47,883 nucleotides of DNA from the NCBI GenBank assembly GCA_003614675.1, contig ML002284.1, positions 1 through 47,883 on the forward strand. The letters run 5' to 3'. The notes under the pieces are model-generated. The model made no database searches. It saw nothing but the letters and a program-made list of their open reading frames with translations, and was not told the origin of the DNA. Below are positions 26,512 to 38,953 of this stretch, piece after piece. How positions within the stretch are numbered: position 1 is the first letter of the stretch; every line of letters begins with the position of its first letter. The translations under genes were made by a program, and so were the position numbers. This DNA is from Dimargaris cristalligena. Taxonomy: Eukaryota.

Positions 26512-26844
26512 ATGCGTCACCTTGCTGCTTACCTGCTCCTGAACCTGGCCGGCAACACCAGCCCCAGCGAATCCGACATCGCCTCTGTCCTGTCTTCCGT
26601 GGGCATTGATGTCGACAGCGAGCGCGTCGCTCAGCTTCTCGCCGAATTGGCCGGCAAGAACGTCGACGAATTGATCGAAGAGGGCAAGGCCAAGCTGGCT
26701 TCCGTCCCCACTGGTGGCGCCGTCGCTGCCGGTTCCGGTGCCGCTGCTGCCGGTGGTGCCGCCACCGAGGCCGCCGCCGAAGAGAAGAAGGAAGAAGAGG
26801 CCGAAGAGTCCGACGACGATATGGGTTTCGGTCTGTTCGATTAA
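26512..26844 (+). CDS. RPP2: 60S acidic ribosomal protein P2, 110 aa; probable 5'UTR intron about 25917-26503
   Basis: [19 protein letters not shown]..., Ala/Gly hinge, C-terminal [19 protein letters not shown] at 25917, GCTAAC branch point near 26433, CAG at 26501-26503. Confidence 0.98.
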   Translation: MRHLAAYLLLNLAGNTSPSESDIASVLSSVGIDVDSERVAQLLAELAGKNVDELIEEGKAKLASVPTGGAVAAGSGAAAAGGAATEAAAEEKKEEEAEESDDDMGFGLFD

Positions 26845-27901
26845 ACATCGATCACCACTATCCCGACCATTACCTCCGCCTCCATTATCATCAATACCAG
26901 TTAGGGTCTATCATGAGTGAGGGCCATGTTTATGCGTTGCACATACCCCCTTATTTTATGTACGCGTATTCTTTCGGATTGTTTCCGCATCCCTCCCCTC
27001 CCTTGCAAACTCAACCGACTTGATGGATACATCGCGTCCCTCCCACCCACCTTCCCCCGCCTGTCTTCCAATTAAAATATCTTCACTTAATTCCAACGCA
27101 ATGCTTTGCGATGGTGATGTTGAGAGTGGGCCGAATCTGATGTTAGCAGGTTAAGATCAGGGTTGCTAATGTCGATGCATTAATGGCCGAATGCTTCTTT
27201 GAATTAGGTTTAGTTAGGCAAAACTACCAACTGTATAGTGGACAATGTATATTTTATTTGATATAAGATTATATCCATCTTGTTGGTTATTTCGAGCAGT
27301 AGTTCAAAATCCAGTCTGTTGCCTATCCAGGAAATCCCAATGGATGTCACAACAAACCCATTTGCTACACCCTGTGGGAAGTGACCCCCTCCACCCCCCT
27401 TTAATATTTTGAAATGGTATATCCTCGAGTAGTTTGCAATCACTGAGATTATTAGGGCTGGATTCCGTGTGAAATTATAGTGATTGTGATTACACATAGT
27501 TCCCTGATTCGTGAAGGCCTGAAATACAGTATTGTTCGGTATTAATTTACTAGTGACGTTGTCCCGAAGGACATATGATATATTTTTAGCCATTCTATAC
27601 GGACAGTTACCAAAAGGATTTATAATATAACTTAATGGGTCTGATTTTCCTACTTTACAGCAGGGCATGGTGGGAGTGGGAGGTTCACTTACCAAAGGTC
27701 GTTTATTCCTTGACATAGATTAACTGATCGGTGCTTCCATGCTCCACGGGCAGATAATATCAAGCTGGTCAAACATCTGGTCTATTTAAATATATTAGCC
27801 CATCAGATCCCACCCATTCTTACTCTCTACAGGTCACCCCACTTCCCTCAAAATATCTCTAAAAATAAAACACACGACTGTTTATTGGTGATCCTTTCAA
27901 T

Positions 27902-28784
27902 TTATAAAATAGTCTTTTTGGCCGCAGGTAATAGCCGTATATCAATCCGAATGGTAGAGTTTTGTCGAACAGACGTGAAATATTCGTCGTCATCGTCGTC
28001 ATTGTCGCCATCATCAGCCTCAACTTCCATAGCGACATTTGGGTCCTCGCCGGAGCCGGTGGTTTCGAGTGGTTTTTGACAGTCATCGAAGAGAGTGGCG
28101 GTGCCAGTATAACATTGGAGCGTCACCTGGTCGAACAGTTCGGTCTTAATAGCTAATGCTACGCGTAGGGCCTGGGGAATAGCGGCACCAAGTCCGTGGA
28201 CGCTGACGAGATCGTGAGTTTTACTAAACGATGGTAACACGGTAATGTCATTTGTGAACGTATATATATATATATATATATATATGTTATCAGTAGAGGT
28301 TTACAGGAACGGTTATTAGTCAAAAGGAGAAGGAGAATATAGGGTGTAGTTGTTGTTCCCAGGGGATTGGACCAAGAAGCCACTTCTAGCCTGTGGAGTA
28401 GCCCACTTGGATAGCTCGAGTTGTTCCGTTGGGCATATGTACTTACAGTCGATGAGTCAGCAATTGGACACCCCGCTTAACAAGGGGTACGATGGAGCGG
28501 CGACTTTTGGACCCGGTTACGTAAATCTCGTGGGGCTGCAGGGCCGCCCGAATGGGAGCGCGCTTATGGAGGAGAATGCCCTTTTTTGATTGAGCCTTCG
28601 GCTTGGTGGTGGTGGTCTTCTGGGCTACCTGAGTGGCGGCGCGCTTAGAGGGTTCATTGGTTTTCGCTTGGGCCTTCCGCTTGGTGGCGGTGGCGGTGGT
28701 GGTATTCTGGTCCGATTGGGCTGCCGGAACGGGTGGGGCCTGCTTAGGGAGTTTAGGAGTTACATTCGATTGATCCTTCGACAT
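27902..28784 (-). CDS. POP7: RNase P/MRP subunit Pop7/Rpp20 (Alba fold); exons 28784-28447, 28223-27902; about 219 aa
   Basis: HKRAP..HEIYVT..LVKRGVQLL | VSVHGLGAAIPQALRVAL..YTGTATLFDD..RQNSTIRIDI. Phase-2 intron fits. Confidence 0.8.
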
Positions 28785-29499
28785 GGTAGAATAACTATAA
28801 CGACTTAACAGAGGTAAATATTAGAAAATAATAATAAAACAACACCAAATTCAACGAAGAGCGTGGGGGAATGCTGAACTTGAATTGGTGTCAAGTATTA
28901 AAAAAATCATAGAGCTTGGTGGCAGGATCTTTTGGAGAACGGCAAAAAAATGGTTTGGGGGGCGGGGTGGTAACACCACATATTTACACTGGTGATTAGA
29001 TATCCCAACGAACCAAATTAAGAAGATATTCTCCAGTCTAGAAAAGCACACTCTTTAATAAGCCAAGCTTCGACAAGAGACCCGGGCATACGGTTGGTGC
29101 CCTAGTAGTTACTTACAGCCGGGTAAAATGACCTCACTCTTTAAGGACTACTCACCTACACTGCTGGAATCCCCCTAATTGACTGGTTTGGCAAGTATAG
29201 TTTATATAGATATAGATAGATGTATGTAAAATAAAACAATGAATTGGTGACTAGTTGGTGCGAGTGATATTCCCCGGACAAATACGCCCTACGGAAACAA
29301 TTAATAACAATTCGAATTCGGAGTAGGCACTCGACACTCTAAGTCAAAAAAGCGATAAAAAAGCAGTGGTGTTGGTAAGATCCAAGTTGGAGAAAGGGTG
29401 GGTGTGCTATTGTCGGGGGGAATACTGCTTATCCCTGAGAAGCATGGGTGGTGTGCCCGCCGGTGACTGGGACTGTATAATACCAGGGTGATTGTTTCT

Positions 29500-30187
29500 T
29501 TACCGGTCTTCGGCCCACTCGTTCTCCTTCTTAATCTGCTCCTCCTCCTCGGGGGTGAAATCGTTGGGAATGTTGAATCTGCTGCGGATTTCGTCGGGGG
29601 TTTTGCCCTTAATCATATTGGCCACGGTTTTGCAGCCCAAGTTGAGCAGGGGCTTGATATCCAGGTAGTTGGCGGCCATGATAATTTCATAGAGCATTTC
29701 CATGCCCACGTCAATGAACTTTAGATCCCAGGGGTCGATGTCAGTGCTGCGCAGGGGACCGTCCATTTCATCGTCGCTGTCCTCGTCATCCTCGGGGTCG
29801 TCGTTGGCGTGCTTGGTGCAGTATTCGATAATCTAGTAGAGGTGGATATAGGGAGAATAACAAAGCGCGTGGGTGGGAAAGTGTGAAAGAGGCAGCGGTT
29901 AGTTGGTGCTAGACAGAGAAGGTTGGCGAGGCGGGGATGAGAAATGGGGACTCGGCCAATCCACGGTTATATGCGGTATATGCAGTGGGGGTGTTTCCTT
30001 GAATGGGCAGGGTATTTTTTAGCAATACCTTTTCCAGGACCGGGCTTTGGACGTTTTTAACGGGTATCGGTTCGGTCTCGTTGGGGGCGGTCTCTAGCAT
30101 CGAGCTAATGAGGGCCGACTTGCTGGCCACGTTCCGGGGCACTTGGAACAGTTTCTCGTCGCCGGACTTAAGGGTAACGGTTTCCAT
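29500..30187 (-). CDS. SKP1: SCF ubiquitin ligase subunit Skp1; exons 30187-30029, 29832-29500; 163 aa
   Basis: [84 protein letters not shown]. Confidence 0.98.
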
Positions 30188-31123
30188 GGCGGAATAAAAG
30201 ATAGGGTTAGTACCGAGGGGGACTTTAATGGGTAGAGAGAGAGAAAGAGAGTAGGCTAGTGCGAGAATGCTGGAGGAGATTAAACAGCCGGAAAGGAAAA
30301 GAGAGAAGAGTGAGAGGCGGAGTGTACTGGGGAAACCTAGGAAAACGGCAGCCAGGGGACGAGGTTATAAAGCCAGCGGGAAAGAGAGGTGTCGATTTGG
30401 CTCAGCCCACTTAACTTCAGTAGACGAGGGGTTCGTTGTACTTGGGCGGTTTAAACACTCCCATAGCGAAGGTGATTGAAAAATGAGGGCATCGTCATAG
30501 ACTCTGCTATGCTTATTGATGGGATGGCCTCCTCCTCCCACCTCCACAGCCTCGCGTCGAGATGGGTCACGTGTATGCAATTGATCAGCACTGCCTTCCA
30601 AGTACCACTCACACTATACTACTCACATCCATCATCCATCATCTCTTCCCTTACTTTACTTTGTGGACTTCGTTAACAACCTGCTGCCATCTCCTTAGGA
30701 TGCGACAGACCAAGGCGACTTTATCTGCCAATACTTGCTTTTCCGAAGCAGGATTCGGAAATGGCCGGATTCCATGCCAGCCACCTATTCTCAAGTGCAC
30801 TTGTTCGATGGCAGTCTTTCAGCACCATCTCCCCAAATAAGCTTATTTATATTCCCCAATTCCGTGGAAGAGCCCAGTCTCACGGAGCGTATACACCTGC
30901 AAGTTTACTCCTTGAGCGAACCGGCCTAAATTACAGACTCTTGTTCGGAAACTTCCTGTAGAATGGCAGGTGTAATAATGCGTTTAGATCATGTAATACA
31001 ATGATACCCCCTTTTATTATAACATGTTTAACTAGTTTCAGCTTCTATATCAGCAGGAATTAAAGCGCGTTGGTTCATCGGGGGGCAGTGGGAGAGTCCC
31101 AATTTCCGAAACGATCAAATCAA

Positions 31124-31784
31124 TTAGCGCGCCTCGAACTGGACCACTGTACAGGCGGTAAGGTAAAACCAATCCAGCAAAGGGAGTTGTTATTATGGAA
31201 ACAGCAGAAACAATGCGGAACTATTAGTACGTGTAATAAGATACCGAGTTCCACGCATCGGGGCGAGGGGGTTGGCCTCAGCTGTAGTAGCCTAATTTAG
31301 ATACTGGAAAGGGGGAGAGGTGCATGCAAGCAATCTAATGATAAATACATAGTGAGGGTACGAGAACTTACTGCGGTCGGTACGCTGCTTGTATAGCACT
31401 CGGTGACCACACTCGCGGCAACGGATAGGTTCCCGGGGCTTAATTTCGTTTTTGGCGCCGCAATCTAGGGTTCAGGAGAACCGTTCGAATAGGGGCAAAG
31501 TAAATGCATTTCATAATAGGCGGGGTTTTTATTTGGTTTAGTTTCTTGGATTAGACAGGGGGCCATTGCATTGGGGTAGGTGGTTAGGCCGTTTGGGGGG
31601 AGCAGCTGGACTATCCCCAAACAGCCAGCTGGCCGTTGATTCAAGAGCATATACTACTGAGGAGAGTTGTTAACAATGGCTGTCCGTTTAGGGGGGAGCA
31701 CTTACCAGCACAGAGGTAGGTCATGTTCTGGGGAGGAGGCGGGGGAATGTTCAGAGGTTGGTTCGGGAAGCCGGACTGCTGCAT
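31124..31784 (-). CDS. RPB12: RNA polymerase I/II/III shared subunit RPB12/RPC10; exons 31784-31706, 31464-31372, 31146-31124; 64 aa (not in ORF track)
   Basis: Spliced product [64 protein letters not shown] with zinc ribbon and FEAR end. GCCACCATG start. Confidence 0.96.
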
Positions 31785-32426
31785 GGTGGCGGTTTGGGAG
31801 GACTCGAAAGGACTAAGGCGTCAAAGGAGAAGAAGTGGCTCGGAAGCAATGGAAGTACTCGGTAAGAAAACACGCAAATTGACAATAACAATGGAGAGAG
31901 GTCCAGGTTGAAAGGATAATGCATTCACCCCAGCTGTTGTCCAAATTCACGCCAAAGACACACGGGCTGCTTTGTCCAAGGCCAGTAAAAAAAATTGGAC
32001 TTAATCCAGCCTTTTCAAAGCAGCTTGGTAAAAAAAACGGATCCAATTTCCCCCATATTTTCCCACCAGGGTCCCCTTATTTCTCCTCTTTTCTCCGAAT
32101 AACTTCAATAAACGCCTCAGAATAATCATCCTGGGCGTTGCTTGAGTCTTGGGAACCGTTGAGTTCATAGTACATGGGACGTCTTTGGGGGAGGGTGGCC
32201 TGGCGATGAAACGCAGTGGGGCAAATTTGCTTACACCTAGGCTTGACTAACCGAACACTACCCACCACCACCGCACTGAGTAACACCCTTAGAGCATAGC
32301 TAGCCTAACTAACTATTCAAAACATTCCCCGTTTTCGAAGTACCCCGCGCTTCCTTTGGTTTCCTATTCTCGGTCCACTCCTCAACCCGCATTACACCCC
32401 CTCCTCTTTCTTCCGCGATTACTGCC

Positions 32427-33704
32427 ATGCCCCTCGTTATACTAGCAGGCATTCCCTGCTCGGGCAAAACCCGGCGTGCTGAAGAGCTCCGCGTTTATTT
32501 CCAGAAACGGCTGGCCGACATTCCCGGCCCCGAACGGAAAATACACATTCTCAACGACCAGTCGTTGGGCATTGCCAAAAGTGCCTACGATGGTAAGTGC
32601 CTCGACTCAATGAGTATTCTTTAACTGGAGTTCCAGCGAATAAACGACACCCCCGCCCCTGTCCAGCTCCCGTTTGCGCCAGGCCAGCTTGGTCCCTTCG
32701 CGAGAGGGCCACGACTTACCGAGTGAGGGAGGGGCTATCCACGTCTCAAACCACCACATATCACTTTCGCGCCTACTCGCGCTGTCTTGCCCAACTAACC
32801 CATCTACAGGCTAACTGCCTCAAATTCTATATCTTTATCATCCGTTACATTATCATGGTTATTGCCTGGCCTCAGCCTCGACCCAAGAAAAACTCGCGCG
32901 GGGTCAGTTAATGTCCGCGGTGGAGCGGCTGGTCAATCGGGACGACATTGTCATTGCGGATGGGCTCAATTACATCAAAGGGTTCCGGTACCAAATGTAC
33001 TGCGTGGCCCGGGCTTCCCGAACCCCGCACTGCGTGATTCACGTCGCCGCCCCCGCCGCAATCGCCTCCGAGTGGAACGCCGCCCGACCCGACGGGTACG
33101 AGTCGGCCATGTTCGATAACTTGGTCAGTCGGTTCGAAGAGCCCGAAGGCCGTAACCGCTGGGACGCCCCCTTATTTACCGTGCTCTACTCGGACGAAAG
33201 TGCCCCGCTCGACTCCATTTGGGGGGCCCTCTTCGATCGGAAGGCCCCGCCACCGCATCTGGCCACCGCTGTGGTAAGGGTGCTGTATTGCTATCCGCGT
33301 CCAATGATGGGCTCTATCAAAGCCCATTTAAACCTCCTAGTTTTTTGAACCGTATCATATTTTTCGTAAATCTGACCCTCTGTTTTACCAAATTATTTTT
33401 TAACCCATGTACTATCCCGCTCACATAGAAACCGGTCACGGAGACCAACTACTTGTACGAGTTAGATAAAGTAACCCAGGACGTCCTCAATGCCTTCCTT
33501 GAAGCCCAGAAAGAACAACTGGTCGATCAGATTATGGTTCCCCACGCCGAATCGGTCCGTCTGCATCTCCCCAGCCGGACCGTTAGTCTGGCTGAATTAC
33601 GCCGCGTTCGTCGGCAGTTTATCAACATTAACCGTATGCATGTGCTTCTAGGGTCTGACCGTATTGCGGAGCAGTTCGCTGAGTACTTGATGACCGCTCT
33701 TTAA
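32427..33704 (+). CDS. KTI12: KTI12, Elongator-associated P-loop protein; exons 32427-32592, 32876-33273, 33429-33704; about 279 aa
   Basis: MPLVILAGIPCSGKTRRA, IVIADGLNYIKGFRYQMYC, RFEEPEGRNRWDAPLFT, NYLYELDKVTQDV, LAELRRVRRQFI. Confidence 0.96.
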
Positions 33705-34057
33705 CCCCCCTGCTAGGACATTACGCCGTTAGTATAATTCCTACCGGTATCCCCCGGTTCCTTTTACCATTACTTAATCGAGCCCCATCCCATTTCTGTC
33801 GTCGTGCACAGCGATTACACAGCAAGCGTATGACAACCCCTTCTCACAAATGCAAATGCAAATAATTGTTTTTTTTATTTTATTATTAGTATTGGCATAC
33901 GTATAATCAGTGGCTATGTAGATAAAAAACAGTAAACAGTAAATAACAAATTAAATGATAATATATGAAGGGGTACACGAGTGGTTACTGAATAATCGAA
34001 TACTGAAGTCATGCAAAATCGAGTAAATGGATAGACCAAAAATCCAGACATCTCGAA

Positions 34058-35347
34058 TTAGGCCCAAATCCCGATAATCGACATGGCCATGGCACCTAGA
34101 TACAAGGACCCCATATACAGCCCCTTGCTGCCCCGGGGCAGCGCCTTGAACGATTTCTGGGCAAACTCCTGGGCCATCAGATTCACCAACGCTGTGTAAA
34201 TCAGGATACCGGCTGACACGGCATCCAACGCACCCTGGACGATCAAAGTGACGGGTGACCGGGCCCGATAAACCGATCGGAAGACCACGCCCAGGGCCGT
34301 ACCAATGGGGGTCGTGATGGCGTACGCCAGGGCGTTGGCAATGGGCATCCACCGGGCACTATATTGCAATTCAGCGATCCGGCTACCAAGCGCGATGCCT
34401 TCGAAAAATTGGTGGAAACACAGGGCCGCCAATAGCGAGACAAATTCCGCCCCTTCAGCGGTACCGAGGGCTAGACCCACCAGGACCGAGTGGAGGGCAA
34501 TCCCTACTTCGAGAAGGTAGGTGCTGATCCGGCGGGCCGCGGCCCCTTCTTCGGCGAAAAGAGTCGTGTGGGCATGACAGTGTCCATGTTCGTGGTCGTG
34601 CCCATGACCATGACCAAGGTTCGTACTTTCGCTGTGGGAACAGGGCGGAGCGCGATCCGTGCCCAAGACGGTGGAACAACTGATACTTGTGGAGGACGTT
34701 TCCACGCCCCGCGGCTTCACTTCGTCGTACCGACCGGTGGCGGAGTCCACGGAAATCACACACGCTCCCGGCGTCGGCAAATGACTAGTCGACGTCGGTG
34801 GGGTGGGGGCGCACGGCACATCAGCCAGCGCGGCCCCGGTCGAGTCGGGGATATTCTGGGTAGCCACGAATTCCACCAAGTGGAAAATCAAGGCGGCTAA
34901 CATGGCGAATAGCCCTGCGAAGGCCGCGTACGATCGGAACAGCGGCGGCAGACACGGGTCCGTTAAACTGAAAATGGCCCCGGGAAACATGTGGATGAAC
35001 CCGGTGGCCAAAATCACGCCGGTACCGAAATGTTTGCCCATCTCCAGGAGACGGGGGGCCAGTAGGGGGCCGCGGGGTTGGAAGCGGGCCGAAAGGACGG
35101 GGGTGAGACTGCCGAGGGCGCTGATGATGAACATGATGAAAATGGATGCGATGCCCATGCTGACGCTGTAGGATGATTTGCCGTGGCTCCCACTGGGACT
35201 TTGACACTCGTCATGGTGTTGGTGATCGTGCTCGTCGTTGTGGTTATGTTCTTGGTGGCCATGACCGTGGCCGCCCGGTCCGTGGGCCAGTGCTGGGCCC
35301 ATAAGCGCCACCACGGTGATCAATACAATTAAACTGCGGCTTGACAT
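34058..35347 (-). CDS. ZIP-family zinc/iron permease (Zrt-like), 429 aa, with signal peptide and His-rich N-terminus
   Basis: KHFGTGVILATGFIHM, His-rich loop GHGHGHDHEHGHCHAH, LLEVGIALHSVLVG, FHQFFEGIALG, SAGILIYTALV. TATA (CTATATAAAA on - strand) near 35540. Confidence 0.96.
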   Translation of the reverse strand: MSSRSLIVLITVVALMGPALAHGPGGHGHGHQEHNHNDEHDHQHHDECQSPSGSHGKSSYSVSMGIASIFIMFIISALGSLTPVLSARFQPRGPLLAPRLLEMGKHFGTGVILATGFIHMFPGAIFSLTDPCLPPLFRSYAAFAGLFAMLAALIFHLVEFVATQNIPDSTGAALADVPCAPTPPTSTSHLPTPGACVISVDSATGRYDEVKPRGVETSSTSISCSTVLGTDRAPPCSHSESTNLGHGHGHDHEHGHCHAHTTLFAEEGAAARRISTYLLEVGIALHSVLVGLALGTAEGAEFVSLLAALCFHQFFEGIALGSRIAELQYSARWMPIANALAYAITTPIGTALGVVFRSVYRARSPVTLIVQGALDAVSAGILIYTALVNLMAQEFAQKSFKALPRGSKGLYMGSLYLGAMAMSIIGIWA

Positions 35348-36620
35348 GGTGGAAAATAGCTAGGATACCAATACTCGATAAAATGACGGTTGGACTAGAT
35401 GCAGGGTCGAAACTAATGAATGGTGGAAAGGAAGGTAGGTCTGCTAAATGGATAACTAGGTGGAGTTTAATAGCAAGCGCCGATGCAACACAGATGAATG
35501 AAGTGGAGAGGTGGGAGGGGTGGATAGGCACATTTTATATAGCAGCACCGTCCAGCGGGGCTCGGAAATTAATGTATATTGGAGTACGCCGATTGTAGTG
35601 CTGGCGCTTATTCAATATGGCTATATTAATCGCCCGTCCTGGTCGCTGTCTCTTGAGACAGAGATTCGGTCAGTATTGAGTGTCCCTTGCGTACCCCACC
35701 TCCCCCAAAGTAAGGCATGCGTTCTTCGGATTCAGCGTTGACCACTTCTTCCCGTACATTATTTTCGTCACGTCGCTCTAAACCAGCATTCCTTGCAGCG
35801 GGGTTTGGCGTGTTCTTCTGAGATTAAATCACAAAGCCCACTTTGACTATAACCCCCCCCTCCTCCTCCCATTTTTTTTTCACTCCATGAAATCAATAAT
35901 AACCCTGGTGGGTGTAACTTCATCAGCCAGTGGCTGTTCAATAGTTGAAAGGAGTGCAGTTACGCAAAAGCACTGCGAAGACCCTCAATCCAAGATTTTT
36001 GAGTGGGGTTTACATTATTTAGCATGGCTAGTTGTTATTAAAAGCAGCCCATATTTTCCAGTCGGGTAGGTACTTGCTCTGTTACCGCCCATGTTGCATT
36101 GCCCGAAACATTCTAATATACGAACGGTAAAATCCAATTTTGTATGGATCGTTAATTATATGGTCATATAATATATCGATCGGTGAATGTACCGGCAGAT
36201 ACGCTAGCGTTTCCGTCTTTTCGGGTGGCTTGGACTGGCGTTTCATAGTGTATCAACTTATCCAGTGGGGCCGGTAGGGTACTCAAGTCGGTGAAAAAGC
36301 GGGCTACCCGTCCAGATGGTCCAGTGTGCAGCGGAAAAGATGTGTTACCGTAGGTTTCTGCCGCGCCACCGCTTTTGTACAGTGAATGTGGGGAGAGCGG
36401 TGTAGACCACTGGCGCACTTCGGTTCAGCCTCCCTTAACATTAGAATAGAAGCGACTTGGCCACGGCGAAGGGAAAATAAAAGAAAGGGAAGGGAAGGAG
36501 AGGAAAGTCAAGGAAAGGGAAGAAGGGTGGAGCGTACTTGTGGAACCAGCTCGAGTGGAGGCTGTTGTTGTCCTTTTAAGTCCACCCACCATTTTTCTCT
36601 CTTCCGATTGCAGAAAAAAA

Positions 36621-36904
36621 AAGCGGCTCAGTCTCGCTGAGACCTTGCCTAGCGAAGCAGGTCGAAGATCACACCGGGCGACTAGTCAAAGCGGTAACAG
36701 CTATTATTAGCGAATCATTCGCGCAAGCGATGGCGACTTTCCCTTTCGGGGACCTGCTGAAGGATTCAGAGCCGGTGAAAACTACGCAGGGTTCGTGGGA
36801 TACGAATGGTTGCGTTTGGTACGTTACACCTTTTCCCATTGAGTCGCGTTTGTTCTCATCCTTCGTTCATAATGGGCTGAGTAGTGGCGAAGAAGGAGCC
36901 GCTT
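36621..36904. ncRNA. Candidate structured non-coding RNA of unknown family
   Basis: 9-bp terminal stem AAGCGGCTC/GAGCCGCTT enclosing several nested stems. T9 run at its 3' end on the - strand. No convincing ORF. Confidence 0.35.
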
Positions 36905-37958
36905 GCTTTTCATTAGGCCCTAGTAATGTGGAACCATCTATACCTTTTCGACTCCCTCGCTTGGGATCACGTACAGTCACCCAAGGTATACCTAGGGGAT
37001 TATTACCCGCTTGGCATGGCATCGGGGGCAGTATATTAGTAAACAGGGGACGTCAGTCAAGAATGGTCAGACGGAATGCGGTAGTGTGGATGGTTGGGAC
37101 CAGGTGCGACATTGGGAGGAAAGGGGGACCTTGGGGGTTATTGGAACGTCTTATGCAAAAATGAAGCCGGCAATAATACATCGAAGCCGCGATACTATAT
37201 TTGAAATACAATGGTACCACACACCCTATGGACCACCTTGATTAATTTAATTGGGCGTTGCCCTTCCCTCGAGGAAGGCCGGCTGAGGCATACACTGCTC
37301 AATCATTTCTATTAATTCTAGGATAATAGGATATACGGACGGCACCAACATCTCGGAGGACTGGTGCGACAATAGGAAAGAGGACCTTGGGGATTATCAA
37401 GCTATCCGGCCCGTTTTCTTGTGGCAAGTGTATATTGGAATGGTGGTGAAGAAAAACAGCACGGTACTATAGATCATAAGTTGGCAATGTTAATCGCGTT
37501 GGGCTTTGTCCCTTTTCTCATGAACTGGGTGGTTGGGGGCATCTGCTGGTTGGAAAATGCCTTTCTAAATACGGGCGGTGGGATCAACGCTGTCCTAGAT
37601 TTAGGCAATAATGCCGTTTACCCCCATCGGCTATTTATCACGGCTAAATTTTGGCATGATACCGCCAAGAAAAACCCCATACAATGAGGGTTAATTTAGC
37701 TGATTGATGTGGTTGACAGAAGATATCAGGTATAGTTACCATTGTCACAGCCAATATTTAGCGACTTTCTACATAAATGGACCAGCCCACCTAATAAAGG
37801 GTGTTCCCGGCCTTTCCCCTAAATGGTAGGTCAATTTTCATGATTTAATACCTCTCTTAGAGTTAACGGGCGGTCTTAGCGCATGTCCAGCGACTTCTTC
37901 ACGAAGGCCTACTGCTGGCGTTTAAGCTGGGTAGGCTTATTTAAATACATTTATTCAA

Positions 37959-38207
37959 TCACGTTGTTTTAGGGGCTGCTGGGTTAGAATGCCGAATCGT
38001 ATCAGCAAATTCGACTGGGTCACTGACCCGAGTGGTTATCTCCTCTAAGGGTTCCCCGGGACAGCGCTGGAACAGTCGTGTGATGGGTTCACATTCCACA
38101 ATCGGAAGGACCAGGCGGCAGTCATACAGCACAAGCTCAAAGACGTCGCATAGCGGACAAGCAGCAGTCGCTACTGTGGGGTCGCTGGGTTTAGGCACAT
38201 TGGCCAT
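37959..38207 (-). CDS. SOM1: Mitochondrial inner membrane peptidase subunit Som1-like, 82 aa
   Basis: CDVFELVLYDC...VECEPITRLFQRC...EEITT matches the Som1 pattern C..ELV..C...C.P..RLF..C...EVT recalled from yeast Som1. Confidence 0.8.
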   Translation of the reverse strand: MANVPKPSDPTVATAACPLCDVFELVLYDCRLVLPIVECEPITRLFQRCPGEPLEEITTRVSDPVEFADTIRHSNPAAPKTT

Positions 38208-38953
38208 TCTTGCTATATGGGGTGGCGAGAGAGAGAGAGAGAGAGAGTGTGTGTGTGTAGTCCTAGTTTTTGTATATATATGCTAAGTCAAAATGCACTG
38301 TAAATGCGGTTGGACGTTTGGGTAACCGGGTGCCGGCGTCTGTGAAAGTCGGCGGGTTCAAAAGTGGAGTAATAGGTATAGTTTAGTGGGTTCCAATGGA
38401 GGGAGGTCTAGCTAGTCTACTATAGAAGAATCAGGAGGTCGAAGGCAGAAAATAGAATGGGGTTGCATGTAATGAAGTCACCAAGAGTAAGTGGGAGCCA
38501 GTAGAGCTTCTTCTCGCAGTTCGCTGCACGGTGTCCGGATTTTCGCGGACCACCGCTGCCTCCCCATTAGCCTTGGGTCTTGGTCATGTGCCTGTTGATC
38601 GAGTATGGCGAGGCCACTACTATTCAGTGGCGGTAGGTTAATATAGTAGTTGGGTTGAAGTTAGTCTATACTCTCGTTTCTTTATTCCATTCTCTTACGT
38701 TAACCACTGTTTCCCACTGTCATCCCTCTGGTCAATTTCCTCTTTTAGCCCATTCTTCTAAGCCAACCTCCCACCAATTCACCCCGTACCTCTCCACTGT
38801 CCTACTGCTACTGCCACTATCGTTCGGTTATCCTTGTGTGGTCCGGTATATTATACATTCTACTATCCCTGGTTGAATTCCTCTTTTCCCGACTAACTTC
38901 CTGTCGTCAGTTCATCTATCAGCGGTATTTAGCCGCCCCTGCCTCGTACAACC

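Noticed and set aside
18808-33704. Run of gene-expression genes (SPT2, TAF11, RPP2, POP7, RPB12, KTI12) as a functional cluster
   Set aside because: Mixed strands and unrelated complexes; expected in a gene-dense housekeeping region.
34243-35262. Overlapping ORFs in the ZIP gene
   Set aside because: Shadow frames of a GC-rich CDS.
36270-36310. Telomerase-RNA pseudoknot-like GCTTTTTCACCGACTT on the - strand
   Set aside because: No complementary P2b/P3 partners and no CTAACCCT-type template nearby.
36730-37164. 144-aa + strand ORF
   Set aside because: No recognisable motif or codon bias; overlaps the stem-rich segment.
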